Below, in pieces: positions 7,920 through 15,827 of a DNA stretch of 32,000 nucleotides. How positions within the stretch are numbered: position 1 is the stretch's first letter; every line of letters starts with the position of its first letter. The notes beneath the pieces are model-generated. The model searched no databases. It was not told the DNA's origin and worked only from the letters and a program-made list of their open reading frames with translations. The translations under genes were made by a program, and so were the position numbers. The stretch covers positions 1,080,001 to 1,112,000 of the forward strand of contig OY970071.1 of NCBI GenBank assembly GCA_963705375.1, in the 5' to 3' direction. This stretch comes from Candidatus Saccharimonadota bacterium (GTDB taxonomy: Archaea; Micrarchaeota; Micrarchaeia; Micrarchaeales; Micrarchaeaceae).

Positions 7920-9730
7920 GCCGCGACTACGAATCCTATCGCGATGAGAAGCGGGACCACGAGGCGCACCAGCTTGAAAATTGAATTCGCTGCATCAGTA
8001 AGCTTCTCAAGCGTGTTAGGTCCCCACACCAGGAACCTTTTCATCACATATGCTCCGTGGTGTACATTGACCTGTTCAACGTCGGACAGCGCCTTATCCA
8101 CAGCAATGTCCAGGATCTTCTCTAGTTTGTCGTACTTTGTGTGTTTTCCAAGCTCGTTGTCTTCCTTCAGGCTGAACGAATTCACGAAATGTGTGTCTGT
8201 GGTTAACACTTCAGCATCGATGCCGTATTTCTCCTTCACATGTCGCAGGATTGAGTTCCTAAGGCTGGGCAGCATGTTGTTGGCGTTAAATTGGATTATC
8301 GCGTATTTGAAGCTGTTAAGTGCGAAAACAGCGACATTCAAGTTACCTCCTGCAATGTCCAATGGCCTGCCGAGCCTGTCGTACAATTCAACGCTCGCAA
8401 ATCCTGCACGTAGGCTTGGTCCGCTGTGTGCGGCTCCATCCATGAGTTTTATGGCTTTGGAGAAGTCCCTCTCTATCCTTGATCTTGGCCCTACACCTGC
8501 AAGCTCTTCCTTCGGAGCGCCTTTGTAGCGTGAGTTGTGGGCATCGATGAGCACAGTGCTTCCGAACTTGGTCTCAAGCATCTCCTTGAATAGGTGCGCT
8601 GATGCCGTTGAGACATCCTCTGTGGTTCTCGGCGCCCTTGTCATCGTGACGAGGTTCACATCGCCAAGGCACAATCTGATAATGGTGGAGCTGTTATGGC
8701 TGCTTGCCGAGTAGCTGGCCCTGCCGCTGCACTGCTTGCATTGCTCCATGCCGTTGTCGAGCGCCTGCCTAAGCTGGCCTATCTGGTCCGGCGATACGGG
8801 GTTGCTGTCTATATCGACAGCGCCGTGCATTATGAACGAAGGCACCTGGTATTTCTGTGCAGCATAGTGTTCAAGCATGAATGGGAAGTTGCTTCCTCCA
8901 AGCGTCCCTGCAGGGCCGTAGTGCACCTCAGGAATGAAGAAGAGCGCCTTCAACGTGCCGTCCTTCTTCTTCATTACGAGCGTCTGCGTTGTGACATTCG
9001 ACGGCGTTCCGAAGTTGGCGCCGAACGGCTTCGACGCATTTATGCCGAAAAGCCAGTTCTGGATCATCTGAGAAAACGCGTCGATGCTGCGCATTCCTGT
9101 GCTGTTCTTGGCTGGCCTTTCGAGCACGAACGTCAACAAGTAGCTAACAACAAGAAACACGGCTATGCCTGCATAGAGCTTCAGGAGCAGCACGCTGGTC
9201 GGCGTGTTGAACGCCAGTACGAACTGGCTGTATGGTATGTAGAGCAGCATGTTCAGGGTCGGTTGGACCACTGCAAGTATCGCTGCTTTCCTGTGCTGGC
9301 CGAGCAGCAGCTTGTCCACAAAGAACCACCATATGAATATGCTCGCATTGCCTGCGAGTATGACTGCGCCTGCAAGCGCGCTCGTCTTCAGCACCGCATA
9401 TGTGGCGCTGCCTATGATGATGAAAAGGCCATAAGTCAACGCGCCGACTATCGCGACAAAGAATATGTATTTTGCTTTGATGTAGCGCCGCAGCGACTTC
9501 ACGAGTATTATGGTGAGCAGCGCAGGCAATGCGATTATCAGGATGCCTATCAGCGCGCTGTTCAGAAGCAAGAAGTATGTGTCTACGTGTCCGCCATTTA
9601 TCAGCAGCACCGCCATTATTCCCATGATCATGCTTGATATCAGCAGCAGCACGAACTGCACCTGCGTGTTTGGCAGGCTCTTGGTGAACGGATTCAGGTC
9701 CGGCAGGTTGTCTATGTGCTTTGCCATCAA
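7895..9730 (-). CDS. Membrane protein with an N-terminal multi-TM region and a large soluble domain; resembles the archaeal DUF2070 family
   Basis: 611 aa with about 7 N-terminal TMs and one C-terminal TM. The soluble region has His/Asp-rich motifs (PEVHYGPAGTLGGSNFP, IDAHNS, TTDTHF). The family call is from memory of DUF2070/COG3356 architecture only. Confidence 0.45.
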   Translation of the reverse strand: MMAKHIDNLPDLNPFTKSLPNTQVQFVLLLISSMIMGIMAVLLINGGHVDTYFLLLNSALIGILIIALPALLTIILVKSLRRYIKAKYIFFVAIVGALTYGLFIIIGSATYAVLKTSALAGAVILAGNASIFIWWFFVDKLLLGQHRKAAILAVVQPTLNMLLYIPYSQFVLAFNTPTSVLLLKLYAGIAVFLVVSYLLTFVLERPAKNSTGMRSIDAFSQMIQNWLFGINASKPFGANFGTPSNVTTQTLVMKKKDGTLKALFFIPEVHYGPAGTLGGSNFPFMLEHYAAQKYQVPSFIMHGAVDIDSNPVSPDQIGQLRQALDNGMEQCKQCSGRASYSASSHNSSTIIRLCLGDVNLVTMTRAPRTTEDVSTASAHLFKEMLETKFGSTVLIDAHNSRYKGAPKEELAGVGPRSRIERDFSKAIKLMDGAAHSGPSLRAGFASVELYDRLGRPLDIAGGNLNVAVFALNSFKYAIIQFNANNMLPSLRNSILRHVKEKYGIDAEVLTTDTHFVNSFSLKEDNELGKHTKYDKLEKILDIAVDKALSDVEQVNVHHGAYVMKRFLVWGPNTLEKLTDAANSIFKLVRLVVPLLIAIGFVVAAWAILLIK

Positions 9731-9779
9731 AACCCTCTATCTTCTGTCTCGGAAACCCGTGTTATACTGCAGGAAAGGA

Positions 9780-10502
9780 TCACTTGCCAAACCTTCTTTC
9801 CCTTTGTGCATAAGTCTGCAGTGCCCTCTCCAGGTCTTTCTTCTCAAAATCGGGCCAGTACTTTTTGGCGAAGTACAGCTCAGAGTAGTCTGTCTGCCAT
9901 GGCAGGAATCCCGACAAGCGCATCTCGCCGCTCGTCCTTATCACAAGGTCGACATTTGGTATGGATGCGGTCCTTAGGTGCTCTGCGACGAGCTCGGCAT
10001 TCACGCCTCTTGCATTGCCGCTAGCTGCGCTCTGCAGTCTGTTGAACGCATACAGAATATCCTCCTTGCCGCCATACCCTACAAGTATGTTTATCGTAAA
10101 GTCGCTGTAGGCGCGCGTGACCTTCTCGATGTGACGAAGCGCCTCCCTCAGTTTCTGGGGCAGCATCTCCATGTTTCCGATGATCTTGACTCGCGCTTTG
10201 TTCTTCGCTAGCTCCGCCAGTATTTTAGGATCCCTGGCGCTCTTAATGTATAACTGGTATAATGCTTTCAACTCTATCGTGCTTCTTTTCTTTACGTTCT
10301 CTGTGGAGAGTGCCCAGACCGTTATCGTCTTGACCCCGAAGCTCTTGGCCCACACGCCAAAGTCCATGAACTTCTTTATGCCGTTTGCGTAGCCGTTATA
10401 CAAAGAGAAGCTGTGGCTCCTCGACCAACGCCTGTTTCCATCGGGTATTAGCGCCAGGTGGCTTGGTACAGGATCTATGCGCTTAGTTTTACGTGCAAGC
10501 AT
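9780..10502 (-). CDS. uppS: Cis-prenyltransferase (undecaprenyl/dehydrodolichyl diphosphate synthase)
   Basis: 240 aa with HLALIPDGNRRW near the N-terminus and RTSGEMRLSGFLPWQTDYSELYF near the C-terminus, both diagnostic UppS motifs. Confidence 0.9.
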   Translation of the reverse strand: MLARKTKRIDPVPSHLALIPDGNRRWSRSHSFSLYNGYANGIKKFMDFGVWAKSFGVKTITVWALSTENVKKRSTIELKALYQLYIKSARDPKILAELAKNKARVKIIGNMEMLPQKLREALRHIEKVTRAYSDFTINILVGYGGKEDILYAFNRLQSAASGNARGVNAELVAEHLRTASIPNVDLVIRTSGEMRLSGFLPWQTDYSELYFAKKYWPDFEKKDLERALQTYAQRERRFGK

Positions 10503-10694
10503 CGAATCAGATTTGTATTGGAAGTAATACTTAAATAATTAGGTGGTTGGTGTCTCTTCTGCAGTTTAGAAATAGACTATTCTCCTTTGCCAGTGCCTTT
10601 TCTGTTCTTGATGTGCGGTCTTGAATAACAATGCCCGTTTTCTGAGAGAAAGGCTTTAATCATTCAGCTCCAAATATTATGTGCGGTCTTTCCG

Positions 10695-11933
10695 ATGGTT
10701 CGCTACGAAGATTTCTACATGCTCAAATCCTTGGACGAGCTGCTCGGCAATGACTTTGCCGTGTCGAAGCTCAAGAGCTTCGCTTCGGAGATCGACAGCG
10801 GCAAGGCAAAGAGCCCTTTGCTTGTCTATGGGCCTCCAGGCACGGGCAAGAGTGCAGCGGTGCATCTGCTTGCAGAGGCGCACCACTGGAACATCGTGGA
10901 GATGGGTGCTGATGACTACCGCGATGCCGCAAGCATAGAAAGAAGGCTTGTAGCCGCAGCCACATCGAGAAGCATATTCGGAAAGCGGAACGTGATAATA
11001 CTTGACGAGATAGACGAGCTAGCAGCCGGTTTTGACAAGGGTGCCGGTTCCGCAATAGGTTCTCTGATAAAGGAGTCGCACAATCCCATAATATTCATAG
11101 CAAACGACATGTGGGACAGGAGCATAACCTTCCTCCGCGGCAAGGCCGACCCTGTGCAGTTCAGGAAGCTTCCTGCTGAGACCATAGCGAAGCTGCTGCA
11201 GAGGACGTGCCTGCGTGCCGGCCTGCACGTTGACATCAAGCAGATAGAGCTGATATCGCAACGCTCCAACGGAGATGCCCGCAGCTCGCTCAACGATCTC
11301 TTTGCTATAGCGGACTCTATCGAGGACACGACAGAGGTGCTTGGGATGCGCGACAAGAAGATGGATGTCTTCGAGCTTCTTGACAAGATATTCTTCTCAA
11401 ACACTGCATCTGCACCTCTCAGGGCAATAATGAACACCGACCTTTCGAACGACATGCTGATCAACTGGCTGGACGAAAACATACCGAGACGGTACCTTAA
11501 GGCGTCAGAGCTTCGAAGAGCGTACGACTCGCTCTCCATGGCTACAGTGTTCTCGACTCGGGCAGTGCGGGCTCAATATTATACATACTGGCGCTACATG
11601 AACGCATTCATGTCAAGCGGCGTGGGGCTTGCAAAAGAGGAGTATCCTGACCGGCGCTACGGCTATGTTTTCCCGCAGAAAATAAAGACGCTCAGCGGGT
11701 CAAAGGAAACCAGAAAGCAGAGCGCAACAATAGCAAAGAAGCTGCAGCGCAGGTTCCACGCGAGCGTGGCAGACATAGTACGGTTCGAATTGGTGATGAT
11801 AACTGAACAGGCTGCGAGCGAGATCTCCTGCGAGCACACGAAACAGGAAGATATCGTGGAGCGCCTGATGGGTGATTACGGGCTTGATGAGCCAGAGGCA
11901 AAGAGCATCATCGGCATGCGTGCACCGAGATGA
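10695..11933 (+). CDS. rfcL: Replication factor C large subunit (AAA+ clamp loader)
   Basis: 412 aa. Walker A LVYGPPGTGKSA, Walker B IILDEIDEL. The N-terminus YEDFYMLKSLDELLGND parallels the WVEKYRPk.LdEvvGq box, and the C-terminal helical domain is typical of archaeal RfcL. Confidence 0.8.
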   Translation: MVRYEDFYMLKSLDELLGNDFAVSKLKSFASEIDSGKAKSPLLVYGPPGTGKSAAVHLLAEAHHWNIVEMGADDYRDAASIERRLVAAATSRSIFGKRNVIILDEIDELAAGFDKGAGSAIGSLIKESHNPIIFIANDMWDRSITFLRGKADPVQFRKLPAETIAKLLQRTCLRAGLHVDIKQIELISQRSNGDARSSLNDLFAIADSIEDTTEVLGMRDKKMDVFELLDKIFFSNTASAPLRAIMNTDLSNDMLINWLDENIPRRYLKASELRRAYDSLSMATVFSTRAVRAQYYTYWRYMNAFMSSGVGLAKEEYPDRRYGYVFPQKIKTLSGSKETRKQSATIAKKLQRRFHASVADIVRFELVMITEQAASEISCEHTKQEDIVERLMGDYGLDEPEAKSIIGMRAPR

Positions 11934-11934
11934 A

Positions 11935-13344
11935 TCAGTGCCCTCCCACGCCAAGCTCGAGAAGCAGGCTTCCCACCATCTCCTTCATGTGGCTGCTGTT
12001 GGTGCTCATTCCTGCCGCCTTGATGTGGCCTCCTCCTGAAATCTCATAATCGGCAGACTTCTTTATTCTTGCTATGACTTCGAGCAGCTTCACCTTGTCT
12101 GCTACGTCTTTGCTGACTCTGATGGAGATGTTGGACAACGCGTACACTATTGTTATTGTATTTAAGTTATTGCGCCCCTCCATCTGCCTCTGCAGAATTG
12201 AGGTCAACCTTCCCAAAGGCGGGAAGTCAAGGCTCAGCATGGCTATGTGCCCATAGTCGAGCACGTGCACGTTTATTCCCGTGCGCGATTTGTAGCTCTT
12301 TATCTTATCCAACGCCTCTGTCATCGCCTCTTCCTGCATGCTTCTCGCGCGCATGAAGACTTCGTTCAGTTTCTCTTTATCCATCAGTACGGCATTCATG
12401 CTTGACGGCTTTGCGTTGGTTGTCTTGCTTGCTGTCATGAAGTCGAGGACAAGCCCGTTCTTTTTAGCGTTGTCATCGTTTCTTGCGTACACGCTGTAGT
12501 CGCAAACAAAAGACGCTTCTTTCAGGTCTTCTACGTCTATCCTGCACAGCAGCTCGGAGAGCAAGCATGATAACAGACCTGCGGTGAAATCCGAATCTGC
12601 ACCGAAGTCCCAACTGTTCAGGTAGATGCTCGCAACATTCCTTGGAAAGTCCGCATACGGCGGATGATGGTCCAGTATTATGACTGTCGCAATCTTGTTC
12701 ATCTCCTCGAAAGCATGCACGCTTTCAGGCGATGTGCCTAGATCCGTCACGAAGAGCACGGGCCTCTCCACGCTCTTCCAGGAGCTGAAAAACATGCTGT
12801 CCCTCGCCAGCTCCTCCGCGCCATACGCGATCCTCCTGTTCATCCGCCATGCGATTGCTGCATCGCCGATGCCGAGCTTGGCCTGCAGGCACGCAAACGC
12901 TCTGTACAATGCGATCGCGCCACTAGCTCCATCCCCGTCATTGTGGAAGCGCACTACGATGGGTGCTCCAGTCACTATTGCCCTGGCAAGCACTTTGGCT
13001 GCTTCGGCAAGCCTCGGCAGTATCGCCTTCGCCTGCGCACCATAAGATGCATCTTTCAGATCGATTCCTTTCGCGTTATCGTCAATATGCAGGGCGTTGA
13101 CATGCTTGTCTACGAGCGCGTTGTATTCTTGCTCGCTGGCCTTGCCGTGACTGGCCGTCGCACCGTCTTTCATCACCACGTTGTCGTATAGCTCAAGGTC
13201 TAGTATGGAGTTGAGCTGCAGAAGTTCGTCCCCCAAGATGCTGTACAGCGCACCGCCCTCTTGTACAAACGAATATGCAGACACTATGCCCTTCCTTTCA
13301 ACCAAAGCTCGCACCTCATGTCGTAGTATTCGCGTACTCTGCAC
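11935..13344 (-). CDS. DHH-family phosphoesterase, archaeal RecJ/GAN (Cdc45-like) nuclease
   Basis: 469 aa. DHH motifs HNDGDGASGAIALY and VIILDHHPP, and DHHA1 motif GGGHIKAAG. It ends 1 nt from the convergent rfcL stop. Confidence 0.8.
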   Translation of the reverse strand: MQSTRILRHEVRALVERKGIVSAYSFVQEGGALYSILGDELLQLNSILDLELYDNVVMKDGATASHGKASEQEYNALVDKHVNALHIDDNAKGIDLKDASYGAQAKAILPRLAEAAKVLARAIVTGAPIVVRFHNDGDGASGAIALYRAFACLQAKLGIGDAAIAWRMNRRIAYGAEELARDSMFFSSWKSVERPVLFVTDLGTSPESVHAFEEMNKIATVIILDHHPPYADFPRNVASIYLNSWDFGADSDFTAGLLSCLLSELLCRIDVEDLKEASFVCDYSVYARNDDNAKKNGLVLDFMTASKTTNAKPSSMNAVLMDKEKLNEVFMRARSMQEEAMTEALDKIKSYKSRTGINVHVLDYGHIAMLSLDFPPLGRLTSILQRQMEGRNNLNTITIVYALSNISIRVSKDVADKVKLLEVIARIKKSADYEISGGGHIKAAGMSTNSSHMKEMVGSLLLELGVGGH

Positions 13345-14392
13345 TCATGGTGCAGTCGTTATTCACTGTGGCATTGCTTATGTAGTTGCAGTACGAAACA
13401 TCTTTGTATTTCTGAGCAATAGCGGTTATGCAAGCGTATTGGTACTGCATGACTGTTGTATTGCCGCTTATCTGCATGCAAACGCTCGCATTTCTCTCCT
13501 GCACCGCTTGAGCGGTCAGCACGCCATACTCGCACATAAACTTCAACCAGCTGGAAGACGCATAATTGCACATCGTTTTGCCTGTCACGTTGTTGGGTAT
13601 TGTCGTGTTCGATAGGGCCCCGCTGCAGATGGCGTTCATGTACCCTGACATGAAACTGCACAAGCTCCTGTCGTGCGTGCGCATAGCAAGGCTATAGTAG
13701 CAATAGTTCTGCGGAGTTACATTGATCGTGGATAGGCTCATGAGCTGAGAGGAGTTCATGCCTCCCATATTGAATATTTCAGCCATGATTGACATGTTGC
13801 GCACGTTGGTGAGCGGTTTGCAATAGCTGGCGTTATCGCTTGCAAGCGCGCTTCCATAATCATACAGATACGTGCATGTCAACCGCAGCGTTTCGTTCTG
13901 TATGCTTGCACAGTCCTGCACGTTCGCAAACCTTTCTTCGCTCGCTATCTCGTACGCACATGTGGAATTGTATGGTGCGTCCACCAGTGCACAGTCGCTG
14001 ATATTGCGTTCGGACTCGCTGATCTTTAGGACGCAGTCTGCCCTTGCTCCTGAATCGGATAGCTGCGAACAGAGTGCTATGCTCGATGTCGACTCCGCGA
14101 TGCCCGATACGCAGCTGTCGCGCGATTGCGCATAGCCTATCAGATTGCAAATCGACGCGTTCATTTCAGTACCTGCAAGCGCATCAAGGCAGGAGACTCT
14201 CTGGGGTTGAAGTATGATTCCTTTGCATCGCTGGAGTGCGCTGCCGTGCTCTCCAAAAAGCACGAATAAGAATGCTATGCACATTATGGCGACAGTTGCT
14301 GCGATGTAGATTGTGTGCTGCCTTCTTGTTCTGACTGCATCACCTTCCTCTATTCGCTTGCTCGGCTTTCTTCTTGATGGAAAGCCCTGCAT
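13316..14392 (-). CDS. Membrane-anchored, cysteine-rich repeat protein, probably a heavily N-glycosylated surface protein; no recognised family
   Basis: 358 aa. Basic N-terminus and one TM (IYIAATVAIMCIAFLFVLF), then 20 Cys in about 9 two-Cys units and 14 N-x-S/T sequons. Its stop overlaps the start of the GAN gene by 29 nt. Confidence 0.7.
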   Translation of the reverse strand: MQGFPSRRKPSKRIEEGDAVRTRRQHTIYIAATVAIMCIAFLFVLFGEHGSALQRCKGIILQPQRVSCLDALAGTEMNASICNLIGYAQSRDSCVSGIAESTSSIALCSQLSDSGARADCVLKISESERNISDCALVDAPYNSTCAYEIASEERFANVQDCASIQNETLRLTCTYLYDYGSALASDNASYCKPLTNVRNMSIMAEIFNMGGMNSSQLMSLSTINVTPQNYCYYSLAMRTHDRSLCSFMSGYMNAICSGALSNTTIPNNVTGKTMCNYASSSWLKFMCEYGVLTAQAVQERNASVCMQISGNTTVMQYQYACITAIAQKYKDVSYCNYISNATVNNDCTMSAEYANTTT

Positions 14393-14396
14393 TCTA

Positions 14397-15125
14397 TCAC
14401 CTGTCCGCCGTCGCGAATGTCTTGAATCCCTGCGGCGTTATACCATAAGGTGTGCGTGCCCTGCTGTGGTTGCTTCCGCGCATCTTTATTATTTCCATTT
14501 CAAGGGTTCTGCTCTCTTCATGCGCGTTCTGGTACATTGTGAACATGCCGTCAAATATGATGCTATCCTGGCTGAACTTCAGGTTCTTGAGTTCCTGGGA
14601 CTCCAATTCTACTGTCAGGAATGCCGTGACGCCCATTCTCCTGAGGTTTGATACGAGCGCAAGTATTGCCTTGTAGTACACGGCTGGATCCCCGAGCATC
14701 AGCTTCAGGAGAGATATGGAGTCTACCACTGCCACCTTCGCGTCATTGGACCTTATTATGCCCTCGAGATCAGATACGATAGTGCCGAACGAGTACATCG
14801 TGTCAGTAACTTCGGTCGTTATGCGCAGGGACGAAGCCGTGCCATCAACAACCAGCTTTTTGTCCGCTATCAGCTGGTCTATGTCTGTCAAATCCGAGAA
14901 CGCCTGCTCCGCATTTCTTATGACTGCCGCTGGCTGTTCATCAAACGTTATGAATGCTGCATTCGTTCCTGACTTTGCGATATTGTACAAGATATTGAAA
15001 CATAGCATAGTCTTTCCTGCGCCAGGCCCGCCTGCGATGAGCACCTGGCTTTGTTCTGGCACGCCGCCGTATAGCATGGTGTCTATTCCAGTGATCCCTG
15101 TTTTTATCCGTGCAATCTCCTTCAT
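14397..15125 (-). CDS. Single-domain KaiC/RadA-like RecA-superfamily ATPase
   Basis: 242 aa. ITGIDTMLYGGVPEQSQVLIAGGPGAGKTMLCFN (Walker A) and KVAVVDSISLL (Walker B). Size and layout match COG0467-type archaeal KaiC-like proteins. Confidence 0.8.
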   Translation of the reverse strand: MKEIARIKTGITGIDTMLYGGVPEQSQVLIAGGPGAGKTMLCFNILYNIAKSGTNAAFITFDEQPAAVIRNAEQAFSDLTDIDQLIADKKLVVDGTASSLRITTEVTDTMYSFGTIVSDLEGIIRSNDAKVAVVDSISLLKLMLGDPAVYYKAILALVSNLRRMGVTAFLTVELESQELKNLKFSQDSIIFDGMFTMYQNAHEESRTLEMEIIKMRGSNHSRARTPYGITPQGFKTFATADR

Positions 15126-15184
15126 GCAAACACGACACTATAATGCAATAAAGTTTTAATAATGTGCTTGAATCAGCTTTCATC

Positions 15185-15760
15185 ATGGAAGTCCGCTCCA
15201 AGAATCTGAGAGTTTATCTCAAGGGCCTGGAAGCAGGAGACACAGAAGCGCTCGCAAAGAACGCAAACAATGACGAGATCGCTCATTATATAGGACGTCC
15301 CGGTGACTTTCCAAATCCCTATACAGAAGAGAACGCCGCATACTTCATAGAAGACGCGATAAGGAAGCGCAATGAAAGGAGCGCTTTCCATTTTGGCATA
15401 CGGCTCAATGACGGCAAGCTCATAGGCGCTTGCGGCGCACACACAATAGACTACCGTGACCTGCGAGCTGAGATAGGTTATTGGCTTGGCAGGACGTATT
15501 GGGGCAAGGGCTATGCAAAAGAGGCACTTGCGCTGCTGCTAGGCTTCTGCTTCAACAATCTACGCCTGAACAGAGTGTCCGTTTCTGTGCTTGCATTCAA
15601 CGAACGCTCCATAAAGCTGTTGCACTCTATGAACTTCTCAAAAGAGGGAACGCTTAGGCAGAACACGCTGCACGAAGATAAGTTCGTGGACGACTTGGTG
15701 TTCAGCATTCTTAAGCGCGAGTATGATGCCGCAGCAAGTGCTGAGATAGAGGTCATATAG
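15185..15760 (+). CDS. GNAT-family N-acetyltransferase (RimJ/RimL-like)
   Basis: EIGYWLGRTYWGKGYAKEA acetyl-CoA-binding motif. The ORF track begins at GTG 15164; ATG 15185 (MEVRSKNLRV) is preferred. Confidence 0.8.
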   Translation: MEVRSKNLRVYLKGLEAGDTEALAKNANNDEIAHYIGRPGDFPNPYTEENAAYFIEDAIRKRNERSAFHFGIRLNDGKLIGACGAHTIDYRDLRAEIGYWLGRTYWGKGYAKEALALLLGFCFNNLRLNRVSVSVLAFNERSIKLLHSMNFSKEGTLRQNTLHEDKFVDDLVFSILKREYDAAASAEIEVI

Positions 15761-15827
15761 GTGCTGCTGCCGGAACGCAAACATTGGATATATAATCTTT
15801 AACTTCGAGTTCTTGGCAGGTCTGCGC

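Noticed and set aside
8696-9637. 313-aa plus-strand ORF, one of the longest in the track
   Set aside because: It lies entirely antisense to the 611-aa membrane-protein gene, which has coherent TM and motif structure. Its translation is R/H/Y/C-rich with no domain logic, so it is a shadow ORF.
10611-10690. The 12-bp repeats next to replication genes (rfcL, GAN) as origin recognition boxes
   Set aside because: There is no resemblance to ORB or mini-ORB consensus, no AT-rich unwinding element between inverted copies (the repeats are direct), and no orc1/cdc6 gene nearby. I kept it only as a low-interest regulatory repeat.
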